DNA of 64,000 bases from Vulcanimicrobiota bacterium (GTDB lineage: Bacteria; Vulcanimicrobiota; Vulcanimicrobiia; Vulcanimicrobiales; Vulcanimicrobiaceae), in NCBI GenBank assembly GCA_003135555.1, contig PLCF01000085.1, positions 221,493 to 285,492 of the forward strand. The letters run 5' to 3'. The notes beneath the pieces were generated by a model. It made no database searches and was not told the DNA's origin. It worked only from the letters and a program-made list of their open reading frames with translations. Each line of letters starts with the position of its first letter. Position 1 is the stretch's first letter. Below, in pieces: positions 1 to 9,295 of the stretch. The position numbers and the translations under genes are program-made.

Positions 1-1705
1 CCCTCGTCAACGCGACCGCGAGGTCCAGCCGTTCCTGTTCGAGGCTTTCCAGCGTCCGGCTCGGGCGTTCGAACGTCGCGTCGACCGCCAGCAGCAGGTC
101 CCCGCCGCGCACCAGCACTTGGAAGTTGCGCTCGCGAGCCAGGAATTCGCCGCGGCGCGCGGCCTCGATCCCCGCCCGGTCGAAGAGCTCCTGCGGGTCG
201 AGCACCCCCGCGATGAGCGCGTGGCGTTTCCACACGAAGTTCTCGAGTCCGCGCGAGAGCACGAAATCGGCTGAGACCGGATCAGAGCGCCGCCATTCCA
301 CGTCGATGAGCCACCACACACCCTCCGCGTCGCAAATCAAGTTGTCCAGCGTCAGGTCGAGGATCCCCGAGGTCAGGACCAGTCCGGGCGTACCGTCGTC
401 ACCGAAGCCGCGAACGCCGTTCGACGGACTCGAAAGGTCGCGCACCAGGCTTGCGAAGAGGCCGACCGCGGTGCGCGCTCCCTCGCGATCGTGCCGCAAC
501 AGCGCATCGACGAGGATCGACTCCAGGCTCGTGCCCGCGACGTAACGCACCTCCGCGGCGCCGTCGCGCAGCGTAGCCTGCGGGACGCGCAACGGCCCGG
601 TGAGCACCTGCAGCGCTTGGTGGTGCGCGACGATCGCGGCGACGTGGGCGGCGCCCGAGGGCTCGAGCGCGCGTTTGCGCACGACGATCCCGGCGGCGGT
701 CTCGACGATCCGCGTCTCGATGCGGTATTGAGGTAGGCGGCTGCGCGAGTAGCGCGCGAACAGCACGCTCTCTTCCGCGTCGCGCGCGACGGCGGGCGTG
801 CCGCCGCGTTGCGCCACGACCAGAAACGAGTTGGCGAAGAAGGGGAAGGCCCCGCTCTGCGCGATGCCGTCGAGTACCGCGCGCTCGTCGAACAGACGCA
901 GCCGCTCGCGATCCCAATTCGGGAACGGCCGTGCGATCTCGCCCGGCTCGGGGGGACGCTCCTCCGAGTAAATGTCCTGGGGAAGCTTGTAGTCGGGCAT
1001 CGGAAAGAAGAATTGCATCGAACCGAAACCGGCCCGCCGCAGCAGCTGCTCGATTCCGTGGCGGCCGTACGTCCGCACCGAGGCGCGCTGCACGTAGCCC
1101 TCGATCCCCTCGAAGGGCACGCCGGTGTGATCCTCCGGCGCGCCGGCCCAGTATTTGAGACCGAACCGGTTTTCGATCGCGATCATCAGCGTGCCGCCGG
1201 GCACCAGATGCTGCGCGACGACTTTGAGCAGGTCCGCGGCGGGATCGGGCCCCGGCATGAAGCTCGGAGCGTACTCCAGCACGCCGACGAGCGTCGCCAG
1301 GTCGAACGGCTCGCCGGCCGGGAGCGCGCGGACGTTGCCGACGGCGATGGTGAGGTTGCGGTGCGCCTGATGGCGAGCCCCAACGATCTCGGCGCGCTTG
1401 CGCGAGAGCTCGACCGCCATGACCGCGCGCGTTCGTTCGCACAGCAGCCCGGTCAGCGCGCCGCAGCCGGCGCCGATCTCCAGCGTGCGCCACGCCGGAT
1501 CGAACGGGAACCACTCGAGCAGGTTGCGGCGAACGTCGGACAAGTGGTAGAGCGCCGGCCAGCTCCGTTCGAGCGCGAGGATCTCGGCGGGCGTCTCACC
1601 GCGCCGCAAGCTCGCGAGGATGGCGTCCTCCACCGGTCCGTCGCTGTAGGAGTCGCTGCCCGCGCCCGGCAGCTCGATCAGCGGAACGCTCTCCTCGGCG
1701 CGCAT
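1..1705 (-). CDS. Class I SAM methyltransferase fused to a kinase-like domain (WbdD-like glycan-capping protein), truncated by the window edge
   Basis: Not in the ORF track because it has no stop in the window. Manual translation from ATG 1705: MRAEESVP...YSDGPVE...YHLSDVRRNLLEWF...LEIGAGCG (SAM motif I)...IENRFGLKYWAG; later DLTLDNL...LIDVEW (kinase-like catalytic loop). Confidence 0.75.
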   Translation of the reverse strand, partial: MRAEESVPLIELPGAGSDSYSDGPVEDAILASLRRGETPAEILALERSWPALYHLSDVRRNLLEWFPFDPAWRTLEIGAGCGALTGLLCERTRAVMAVELSRKRAEIVGARHQAHRNLTIAVGNVRALPAGEPFDLATLVGVLEYAPSFMPGPDPAADLLKVVAQHLVPGGTLMIAIENRFGLKYWAGAPEDHTGVPFEGIEGYVQRASVRTYGRHGIEQLLRRAGFGSMQFFFPMPDYKLPQDIYSEERPPEPGEIARPFPNWDRERLRLFDERAVLDGIAQSGAFPFFANSFLVVAQRGGTPAVARDAEESVLFARYSRSRLPQYRIETRIVETAAGIVVRKRALEPSGAAHVAAIVAHHQALQVLTGPLRVPQATLRDGAAEVRYVAGTSLESILVDALLRHDREGARTAVGLFASLVRDLSSPSNGVRGFGDDGTPGLVLTSGILDLTLDNLICDAEGVWWLIDVEWRRSDPVSADFVLSRGLENFVWKRHALIAGVLDPQELFDRAGIEAARRGEFLARERNFQVLVRGGDLLLAVDATFERPSRTLESLEQERLDLAVALTR

Positions 1706-1763
1706 CACGTCCCCACATCAGCGTCCGCTCGCTGTTTCCCCTGCGCGCCGCCGAGGCGGCAAG

Positions 1764-2891
1764 TTACCCGCAGGCCGTGCGGCACAGCTCCGCGACCCGC
1801 TCGATGGCCGCTAAGGAAAGGTCGGGCGAGCACGGCAGGCCCAGCGTCACCGCGGCGAGCGCGTCGGTCACGGGGAGCGGCAAGGACGGATATCCCGCGA
1901 AGGCGCGTTGCCGGGCGAGCCCATCGCCCCACCATCGGCGAGTCGCGATACCGTGTGACGCGAGGGCGTCTTCGACGGTCTCGAGGCGGGCGGTAGGCAC
2001 TTCCACGATCGCCGTCGCGGACACCCACTCGGTGCCGTAGCCGGCCGCGAACCGGACCGCAGGAACGCTCTCGAACGCTGCCAGATAGGCGCGCGCAACG
2101 CGCTCGAACGCGGCCCGCGTCGCGGGCCACTCGTCCAGTGCCGCAAGACCGACCGCGGCCGAGTACTCCGGCAGCTTCGCGTTGATCGCCGCGCTGCGGG
2201 CTTCACGAGAGTCGACAAAGCCGAAGTTGAATCGCGCCCGAATGCGGTGGACGAGCGCCGCATCGGTACACGCGACGAAGGCTCCTTCGCCGATGCCGAG
2301 CACCTTGGTCGCGTGCAGGCTCACCACCGTGGGAACCGGCGAGGCGCGCACGACGTCGAAGGCGGCCGCGGCGTCGAGCACCACCGGCAAGCCGGTGACC
2401 CGCGTGAACGCATCCCACTCCGCGGTAGCGACCGGGCTCCCGAACGGGGAGACAGCGACAATCGCACCCAACGGTCGTGGTGCTGCAGCTGCGAATCGCG
2501 AGGCCGCCGCGGCGCGCAGCATCCCGTCTGCATCGACGTCAACGAGCCACGGCACGAGCCCTGCGCCGACAATGGCGTGGCCCGAAGCGGCAAACGTCCA
2601 GGCCGGAACCATGCAGAGACTCCCGGCCGGGATCCCCAGCGCCATCAGCGTTGCGGTGAGCGCCGCGGTTGCGTTGGAGGCGACTGCGACCTGCTCGTCA
2701 TCGTGCGCCTGAACGTGCGCAGCGAGGCGCGCCTCGAAACGGCGTGCCAGCGGGCCGTGATTCGAGTACCAGCGGGATGCATCGATCTCGCGCAGGTAGG
2801 GCAGAATCTCGCCGGCCGGCGGCAGCCTCGGCTTGCACACGGGCACGCTGACTTCGCCTGCGCTTGCCGTCCAGGCGCGAGGGCGCTTCAC
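1764..2891 (-). CDS. DegT/DnrJ/EryC1/StrS family PLP sugar aminotransferase
   Basis: YSNHGP, NATAAL, LDAAAAF, SLHATK (PLP lysine) followed by GEG, LGLP near the C-terminus. Confidence 0.9.
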   Translation of the reverse strand: MKRPRAWTASAGEVSVPVCKPRLPPAGEILPYLREIDASRWYSNHGPLARRFEARLAAHVQAHDDEQVAVASNATAALTATLMALGIPAGSLCMVPAWTFAASGHAIVGAGLVPWLVDVDADGMLRAAAASRFAAAAPRPLGAIVAVSPFGSPVATAEWDAFTRVTGLPVVLDAAAAFDVVRASPVPTVVSLHATKVLGIGEGAFVACTDAALVHRIRARFNFGFVDSREARSAAINAKLPEYSAAVGLAALDEWPATRAAFERVARAYLAAFESVPAVRFAAGYGTEWVSATAIVEVPTARLETVEDALASHGIATRRWWGDGLARQRAFAGYPSLPLPVTDALAAVTLGLPCSPDLSLAAIERVAELCRTACG

Positions 2892-2904
2892 GTAACGTTA
2901 CCGT

Positions 2905-3810
2905 CTAGTCGAAGAAGCATCGTTTGATGACGTCGCTTTCGCATCGACCGAATAGGAGCGGCCGCTGCAACTGCACGGTCAGCGGCGCGTGCCCGACCAA
3001 CTCGTGAAACTCGAGCGCCATCGCGTCCCAGATCGTCGGGCCCTCCGGCGACTCGCGTTGGCGCACGCCGCCGGCCCGTGTCGAGTTGCCATAGTGTACT
3101 TGGTGAAACGTCCCTTCGCCGATGAGCACCACGGGCGTGATCGCATCGTCTTTGACGACGCGCTCGAAGAACTCGAACGCCGCCAGCCCGCCGCCGCGGT
3201 AGCGAAATCCCTCGTGAAAGCCCCCCAGACGTTCGAAGCTCGAGCGCTGCATCACGAACGCCGTGGCCTCGGGAAACGGGGAGAAGACGCCTTCGCGATG
3301 TGATTCGCCGCGCGCGCAGATCTCGAAGAGCCGGTAGCCGTCGGCGGGCCAGCCGATTGCGCCCAGCAGCCGATCCTCGACCTCCGGCCCATAGCCCTTC
3401 GTCAGCGAGACTTGCTGGGGCTCGTGGCCCAAATGAAAGCCCATTGCGGCGACGAACACGTCGTCGGCCAGTCGCATCGCCGTGCGGGCGCGCGCGAGCA
3501 ACCCCGGGCTGCCGAGTCGCGCACCGTCGATCAGAACGGCGAGTTGTGCGCCGCGCGCAGCGGCGACGCCGGCATTGACCGCCGCGCACGGCGACGGGTT
3601 CCCGGGCGGAAACCGAATGATTCGCACGTCTGCGGCGACGCCTTCGAACCACGCCGCATCGACCGGTTCGCTCGATCCGTTGTCGACTACGATGATCTCG
3701 AGGCGCGCCGGATCGATCCCGTCTTGATACGGCGGCGAGAGCGACTGCACCGTCCGCGGAATCTCTCGGCGCAGATCGTGAGCCGACACGACGACGGACA
3801 GGTCGATCAC
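2905..3810 (-). CDS. Glycosyltransferase family 2
   Basis: LSVVV...EIIVVDNGS, NAGVAAARG, LGGFHEGF motifs. Confidence 0.85.
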   Translation of the reverse strand: MIDLSVVVSAHDLRREIPRTVQSLSPPYQDGIDPARLEIIVVDNGSSEPVDAAWFEGVAADVRIIRFPPGNPSPCAAVNAGVAAARGAQLAVLIDGARLGSPGLLARARTAMRLADDVFVAAMGFHLGHEPQQVSLTKGYGPEVEDRLLGAIGWPADGYRLFEICARGESHREGVFSPFPEATAFVMQRSSFERLGGFHEGFRYRGGGLAAFEFFERVVKDDAITPVVLIGEGTFHQVHYGNSTRAGGVRQRESPEGPTIWDAMALEFHELVGHAPLTVQLQRPLLFGRCESDVIKRCFFD

Positions 3811-3862
3811 GCCTGCTTGCTTGCACCGGCCCGCGCCGAAAGACCTTCGGTGGCGGCCGCCG

Positions 3863-4792
3863 CTACTCGAGGCGCGCCTCGATTTCGCTCCAGCTGCGCT
3901 GCGTCATCCGCCGGATGCGCTCGGCGCACGCCGGCGAGGCTCGAAGCGGTTCGGCGCGCTCGCCCATGAGACGGTCGAGCTCGAGCACGAGCCCGGCCGC
4001 GACGGCCTTGGGCTGAGGCGGCAAGTCATACCGGTTCACGACGCGCATCAGGTCGACGCCGGCCGTGCGCAGCGAGGCGTGCACGTCGGGCGGGTTCTGC
4101 GCGGGCGGCTCGGCGCCGAGCGCGCGGAAGATGCGCTCCACGATGTCCGGGCCGTACCGGAAGAGCCGCTGGCGGCCGGTGCCGATGACGGCTTCGGCTT
4201 CGTGGACGAAGCCGAGATAGTCGAGGCGTTGGGCGAACCACGCGTTGTCGAGGATCTCGTCGAGCCCGACGTCGAGGCCGTACGCCGGCGAGTACAGCCG
4301 CGGGTTACGCAGCAGCTGCGCGTACTGGCTGAGCGCAAAGGCGAGCGGCTCCCGAAAACACGTCCACATCTCGAGCTCGAAGAGCGTGCTGAGGTGACGC
4401 AGTAACGCTTTTCCCTCCGGCGGATAGTCCCACCAGCCGTTGAACAAGCCTTCGGCCGACAAGACGATCGTGCGCGTCCGGGGCGGCGCGCCGGCGACAA
4501 TCTCGTCGAACGCTTCCGCGAGTGCGCCCGCATCCGCGCTGGTAAAGGCTTGCACGAGGTAGTGATGCTTCTTCTCGACCGGGTCGACGCGCATCGGCGG
4601 ATACCAGACGCCGTGCTCGAGCAACGCGTCGCCGTGGCGGAACAGCGCCTGCTGGAGGGCCGTGGTCCCGGTCTTGGGCGTACCGGTGTGAAGTATCAGG
4701 TGCGGGAGCTTCGCGCACGCTCGCGCCCAACGGTTGCCGGCGACCGCCAATGCATTCTCGGCTCCCAGCGTAGGCAAGCGTCCAGACGTCAT
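3863..4792 (-). CDS. Sulfotransferase-like P-loop protein
   Basis: ILHTGTPKTGTTALQ (5'-PSB-like loop), LSAE, FREP...SQY (3'-PB-like motif). Start approximate. Confidence 0.65.
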   Translation of the reverse strand: MTSGRLPTLGAENALAVAGNRWARACAKLPHLILHTGTPKTGTTALQQALFRHGDALLEHGVWYPPMRVDPVEKKHHYLVQAFTSADAGALAEAFDEIVAGAPPRTRTIVLSAEGLFNGWWDYPPEGKALLRHLSTLFELEMWTCFREPLAFALSQYAQLLRNPRLYSPAYGLDVGLDEILDNAWFAQRLDYLGFVHEAEAVIGTGRQRLFRYGPDIVERIFRALGAEPPAQNPPDVHASLRTAGVDLMRVVNRYDLPPQPKAVAAGLVLELDRLMGERAEPLRASPACAERIRRMTQRSWSEIEARLE

Positions 4793-4793
4793 A

Positions 4794-5684
4794 CTATTCG
4801 AACTGACCCGCGGGCGCCCCGAGTCTCCCGGGGACGCGGTCCAGGATCCAGCATCCGGCCGCCCGCAGCGCGGCGATCCTCTGCGCTGGATCCTTGGTGC
4901 GCCGCACGTGCTTCACGAACGAACGAGCGTCGCGGTCTGTGTCGCGCTGAAACAGGTGATGCGGCAACAGCCCGATCGAGAGGTCCAGCGCCGCGCACCG
5001 TCCCGGTAGGATAGTCTCGAAGCACGTGAAGTCGTACCCGGAAACGGATCGGCGATAGCTTATCAGATTCGTGTCGTTCCACACGGTTCCTAACTCGTCG
5101 AGCATCACGTTGAGCACCCATTGGCAATCCGTTGCCGCGATGCGGTCACTTTGACGGCGCATCTCGGAAAGGAGGCGCTTTGTTGCCGTGGTTGACCGGG
5201 CGTGGAAAAAGCCCGTACACAACACGAAGCCCCACCGGTCGAGCATCTCGACCGGGTGAAATGTACCTTCCGAACCGAGAACGTCGTATGGGGAGTTCGC
5301 GAAGAAGCCCGGTATCGGATCTCTGAGCCAGACGGCGTCCATGTCACTTTGAATGAAATCGATGTCGTGCCGGGCGAGGAAATCCCACACCAGCATCCGC
5401 TGCCGAACGAAGTCGGGGTAGGTCCCGTCCCAATCGCAGCGCGCAGAGCCGATACCGGCATCAACGAGCCGGCCCATCAGCGGCTGGTCCAATGCGACGA
5501 CGAGATACCGTTCGATCCCCAGCGCCTCGAGGTGGCAAATCCAGTTGTCGAGGAGGCGCGCGTAGGGGTCCGTCGCGACCACGACCGGCAGCGGTCCCGA
5601 GCCCCCAACCCCCGACAACGCGCGCTCGAGATCGGCCTCGGCAGCGCTCGACAAGGATGCAGTGGCGCTCCCCACGACGTGCAT
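4794..5684 (-). CDS. Nucleotide-diphospho-sugar transferase family protein (GT77-like)
   Basis: LLDNW...YLVVALD, SDMDAVWLRDP (DxD), LCTGFF, CQWVLN pattern. Confidence 0.7.
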   Translation of the reverse strand: MHVVGSATASLSSAAEADLERALSGVGGSGPLPVVVATDPYARLLDNWICHLEALGIERYLVVALDQPLMGRLVDAGIGSARCDWDGTYPDFVRQRMLVWDFLARHDIDFIQSDMDAVWLRDPIPGFFANSPYDVLGSEGTFHPVEMLDRWGFVLCTGFFHARSTTATKRLLSEMRRQSDRIAATDCQWVLNVMLDELGTVWNDTNLISYRRSVSGYDFTCFETILPGRCAALDLSIGLLPHHLFQRDTDRDARSFVKHVRRTKDPAQRIAALRAAGCWILDRVPGRLGAPAGQFE

Positions 5685-5695
5685 GCCGGCCGCCC

Positions 5696-6904
5696 CTACG
5701 CCGGACGACCGCCGTCGCTCACGTGGCCATCACGCGTCCACGCGATCAACCGATCGGCCGCCGTGAATATCTCCGCAGCGAAGTCCATTTCGCGCGCGAA
5801 GCGGCAGCCCGCTTCTGCAATCGCGTGAGCTGCATCGTCGTTCGAAAGCACGAAGCGCACTTTTTCGTCGAAATCGGAAAGGTCCGCTTTCACGGGGACG
5901 TAGTGTACCCAGGGCTCGAGCCGGTCATAGTACCACTGGCGGAAACCGAGTTCGGATTCGATTTTGATCACACATGCGCCGGAGAGCAGGCTCGTGAAGA
6001 GCCCGCTCCACGCGTTGCTGTTGCCGTCGATATCAATCACCGCCTTGAACTGCGCAAATGACGCCTTTTCTACGGGTGGGCGCATTAGCGTGGCAATGCG
6101 GCTCGCGGCCGATGCGATATGGTCCGGCGGTACCTGAACCAATGTCGTGATTCCGACGTCGCAGATGTTGGCCAGGTCCGGAGCTTGCGCTCGCGTACAC
6201 AGGTCAAGTCGCGGCAACCAATGCAGATCGCCCGGACCGGTCGGAGGCCAGTAGCGTTTGATCCCACTGGTCGAACCTCTCCAAAACACCTGACGTATCC
6301 GCGACTTCCACGGCGTCGTCTCCGTCGTTTGGTCGCGAAAGTGGCTGTAGCCGCCGCTAGCAAAAAACTCCGAGTCCGGAATGAGGCACGCCGCTTCATG
6401 ACACGCTGAGAACGACACGACCGGCCAAAAGCCCGGATCGCCGAGCAAACACGTGAAATCGGCGACGAGCCGCGGCTCCCTCTCGAGGGCTCTCCCGAAC
6501 AGCCACACGAGCACAGGGATTCGGGTGAGAAGACGGAGGTTCCCGACGCGGAAGAAGCTGGAGTTCACGACGATGTCGAATCCGATTTCGCCGGCGACTC
6601 GAACGACGCAGGTGAAGTGCTGCGTGGTAGCGGGTAAGTCCCGTACTCGTGGCAGGTCGGCCGGCGCGAAGCGCACCGCAATGCTTCTCGACCACCCGAA
6701 GCGGCGTGCGAGGATTGCGACGGAGCGGGTCAGATTCTCGGCTACGACGTCCGGATTCAGCGTTGTCAGCGATTCATCGAGGTCGTGAAGCTCTGAGGCG
6801 AACGAACTCGCGGCAGCGCTGAGAACGGCCGGGTCGCTGGTGAGTGCGGTCGTGCCGGGGTACGTCTGGAAATACTGCGCCAAGCGATCGTAGTCGTTCC
6901 CCAC
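5696..6904 (-). CDS. Glycosyltransferase family 90 (CAP10-like)
   Basis: VFWRGSTSG, KAVIDIDGNSNAWS, QWYYDRLEPWVHYVPV, AHAIAEAG. Start uncertain: the track TTG at 6958 falls inside the upstream terminator, so GTG 6904 was chosen. Confidence 0.8.
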   Translation of the reverse strand: MGNDYDRLAQYFQTYPGTTALTSDPAVLSAAASSFASELHDLDESLTTLNPDVVAENLTRSVAILARRFGWSRSIAVRFAPADLPRVRDLPATTQHFTCVVRVAGEIGFDIVVNSSFFRVGNLRLLTRIPVLVWLFGRALEREPRLVADFTCLLGDPGFWPVVSFSACHEAACLIPDSEFFASGGYSHFRDQTTETTPWKSRIRQVFWRGSTSGIKRYWPPTGPGDLHWLPRLDLCTRAQAPDLANICDVGITTLVQVPPDHIASAASRIATLMRPPVEKASFAQFKAVIDIDGNSNAWSGLFTSLLSGACVIKIESELGFRQWYYDRLEPWVHYVPVKADLSDFDEKVRFVLSNDDAAHAIAEAGCRFAREMDFAAEIFTAADRLIAWTRDGHVSDGGRPA

Positions 6905-6950
6905 GCCGAGTACGCGGTTCGCGATCCCTGCAGTGTTATCCCGGCCCGGA

Positions 6951-6993
6951 GAAAACAATCGCGACGAGCTCGTTTCTGAGCCCGTCGCGATTT
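6951..6993 (-). terminator. Intrinsic terminator after beta-helix copy A
   Basis: Minus strand AATCGCGACGGGCTC-AGAAAC-GAGCTCGTCGCGATT followed by GTTTT. Confidence 0.7.
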
Positions 6994-7013
6994 TGGAGGT
7001 TGCCGGAAGAAAG

Positions 7014-7958
7014 TTAGAGGATCGTGACCGACCCGGTCTTGGTCCCGTCGCCGCCCGCGTTTGCGCCGAGCCAGTTGTTGTTCCCGGTCAGCATCGTGCT
7101 GCCGGCGTCGGTCGACATGCCGATGCCGTTGTTGAAGTAGATGCTCGTGTTGGTCACGCGCATCGTCCCGCTGGCGGTCGCGTGCACGCCGAAGACTTGA
7201 TTGTTCGACACCGTCGACAAATCGATGCTGATCAAGCTGGTTGCGCCGTTGGCTTCGACGCCGCCGCCCGCATTGTTCGAGACCATCGAATTGTGGATGT
7301 TGACGTCGCTGTTCGACGTTGCCTGAACCCCAAGGCCCGAGCGCTGGATCGTCGACTTCTCGACGTTAATACGATTCGTACCGCTGGTCGTGGACGACTT
7401 GATGCCGCCGCCCGCGCAATTTTCGAGATTCGTACTGTACATGATGAGGTTCATGGAGTTCGCCGGCTGGAAGTTGACGCATTGCTGCGTGAAGTTCTCG
7501 ATGTCGACGTGCTCGAGGGCGACGTTCTTGCCTTGCAGCACGTTGATCCCAACCAATCCGGTAACGCTGCCGTTGCCGGCGCCGTTGATGTCGAGGTTGC
7601 GGATGACGTCGTAATTGCAGTTCACGCTCGAGTTGTTGATGATGATCCCGTTCGTGCCGCTGGCCAGAATCGACGCGACCATACCGGCTTCGCCGCCGCC
7701 GCCGTCGATCTTGATGCCCTTGGTGATGGTGACCGCGCCGAACCCGCCCGGATCGAGCGCGTCGATCTCACCGCAGTCGGCGGTCTTGGAGATGGCGCCG
7801 GCAAAGGTCTTGCACGGTGCGGTGCGGCTGCACGGGTTGACGTCGTCGCCGACGCCCGAAACCCACGTGCGGGTGGCCTGCGCCGACGCGTGCGACGTCA
7901 TGGCTAAGAAGCACAGGGCAAACGCCGCAAAGACAAAGGAGAAAATGCTACGCTTCAT
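7014..7958 (-). CDS. Secreted right-handed beta-helix protein, copy A
   Basis: Signal peptide MKRSIFSFVFAAFALCFLAMTSHASA; QATRTWVSGVGDDxNPCSRTAPCKT N-terminus; N/G/S-rich GI/GV repeats. Confidence 0.8.
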   Translation of the reverse strand: MKRSIFSFVFAAFALCFLAMTSHASAQATRTWVSGVGDDVNPCSRTAPCKTFAGAISKTADCGEIDALDPGGFGAVTITKGIKIDGGGGEAGMVASILASGTNGIIINNSSVNCNYDVIRNLDINGAGNGSVTGLVGINVLQGKNVALEHVDIENFTQQCVNFQPANSMNLIMYSTNLENCAGGGIKSSTTSGTNRINVEKSTIQRSGLGVQATSNSDVNIHNSMVSNNAGGGVEANGATSLISIDLSTVSNNQVFGVHATASGTMRVTNTSIYFNNGIGMSTDAGSTMLTGNNNWLGANAGGDGTKTGSVTIL

Positions 7959-7995
7959 GGTCATCCTCTTTGAAAACATTGGCTTTGGGAAAGTG

Positions 7996-8048
7996 GGCAA
8001 CCTAAGGGGGGCCTGACTTCGTTTGCCGAGCCCTGACGCCTTCCGCTC
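7996..8048 (-). promoter_or_regulatory. Conserved 53-nt upstream element, copy A
   Basis: Aligns without gaps to 9137-9189 and 10281-10333; ends in the -10-like hexamer TAGGTT. Confidence 0.6.
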
Positions 8049-8096
8049 CCGCTGACACCCTGGGCTGGGGTAGCGCACGACCGCTCGGTGGGTGGG

Positions 8097-8137
8097 CAAA
8101 AAAAACCGCGACGAGCTCGGCCGAGCCCGCCGCGATT
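8097..8137 (-). terminator. Intrinsic terminator after copy B
   Basis: Minus strand AATCGCGGCGGGCTCGGCCGAGCTCGTCGCGG followed by TTTTTTTT. Confidence 0.8.
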
Positions 8138-8156
8138 CGGGTCGTACGCGAAGACG

Positions 8157-9089
8157 TTAGAGAATCGTGACCGACCCGGTCTTGGTCCCGTCGCCGCCCG
8201 CGTTTGCGCCGAGCCAGTTGTTGTTCCCGGTCAGCATCGTGCTGCCGGCGTCGGTCGACATGCCGATGCCGTTGTTGAAGTAGATGCTCGTGTTGGTCAC
8301 GCGCATCGTCCCGCTGGCGGTCGCGTGCACGCCGAAGACTTGATTGTTCGACACCGTCGACAAATCGATGCTGATCAAGCTGGTTGCGCCGTTGGCTTCG
8401 ACGCCGCCGCCGGCATTGTTCGAGACCATCGAGTTGTGGATGTTGACGTCGCTGTTCGAGGTCGCCTGAACCCCGAGGCCCGAGCGCTGGATCGTCGACT
8501 TCTCGATGTTGAGGCGGTTCGTGCCGCTGGTGGTGGACGACTTGATGCCGCCGCCCGCGCAGTTTTCGAGATTCGTGCTGTACATGATGAGGTTCATCGA
8601 GTTCGCCGGCTGGAAGTTGATGCATTGCTGCGTGAAGTTCTCGATGTCGACGTGCTCGAGGGAGACGTTCTTGCCCGCGACCACGTTGATGCCGACCGTC
8701 CCCGACTGGACGCCGTTGATGTCCAGGTTCCGGATAACGTCGAATTGGCAATTCGGGCTACTGTTGTTGATGGTGATCCCCGGGACGCCGGCGGCCAGAA
8801 TCGACGCGACCTGGCCGGCTTCGCCGCCGCCGCCGTCGAGCTTGATGCCCTTGGTGATCGTGACCGTGCCGAACCCGCCCGGATCGAGCGCGTCGATCTC
8901 GCCGCAGTCGGCGGTCTTGGAAATCGCGCCCGGCCACGTCTTGCACGGTGCCGTGCGGCTGCACGGGTTGGCGTCGTCGCCTACGCCCGAAACCCAGGTC
9001 CGGGTGGCCTGCGCCGACGCTTGCGACGTCATCGCGCAGAAGCACAGGGCAAACGCCGCAAAGACAAAGTAGAAAATGCTACGCTTCAT
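8157..9089 (-). CDS. Secreted right-handed beta-helix protein, copy B
   Basis: Paralog of copy A with a nearly identical C-terminal half; signal peptide present; GAGGG RBS. Confidence 0.8.
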   Translation of the reverse strand: MKRSIFYFVFAAFALCFCAMTSQASAQATRTWVSGVGDDANPCSRTAPCKTWPGAISKTADCGEIDALDPGGFGTVTITKGIKLDGGGGEAGQVASILAAGVPGITINNSSPNCQFDVIRNLDINGVQSGTVGINVVAGKNVSLEHVDIENFTQQCINFQPANSMNLIMYSTNLENCAGGGIKSSTTSGTNRLNIEKSTIQRSGLGVQATSNSDVNIHNSMVSNNAGGGVEANGATSLISIDLSTVSNNQVFGVHATASGTMRVTNTSIYFNNGIGMSTDAGSTMLTGNNNWLGANAGGDGTKTGSVTIL

Positions 9090-9136
9090 GGACATCCCTC
9101 TTCGAAAATCGGTTTGAAAAACCGGTTGGGAACGTG

Positions 9137-9189
9137 GGCAACCTAAGGAGAGGCTGACTTCGCTTACCGAGCCCTGGCGCCTTCCGCTC
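9137..9189 (-). promoter_or_regulatory. Conserved 53-nt upstream element, copy B
   Basis: GAGCGGAAGGCGCCAGGGCTCGGTAAGCGAAGTCAGCCTCTCCTTAGGTTGCC on the minus strand. Confidence 0.6.
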
Positions 9190-9227
9190 GGGGTACCTCG
9201 CGACGGACGGCGCGTAACACGCGGTAA

Positions 9228-9271
9228 CAAAAAGGAATCCGCGCCGAGCTCGCGTGAGCCCGTCGCGGATT
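9228..9271 (-). terminator. Intrinsic terminator after copy C
   Basis: Minus strand AATCCGCGACGGGCTCACGCGAGCTCGGCGCGGATT followed by CCTTTTTG. Confidence 0.75.
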
Positions 9272-9295
9272 CGGATCGAACCGAAGGTTAGCGGA

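Noticed and set aside
7996..8048. c-di-GMP-I riboswitch (GGCAAAC...GTTGCC)
   Set aside because: Too short; no GAAA-capped P2, no GACGCAAA junction and no P3.
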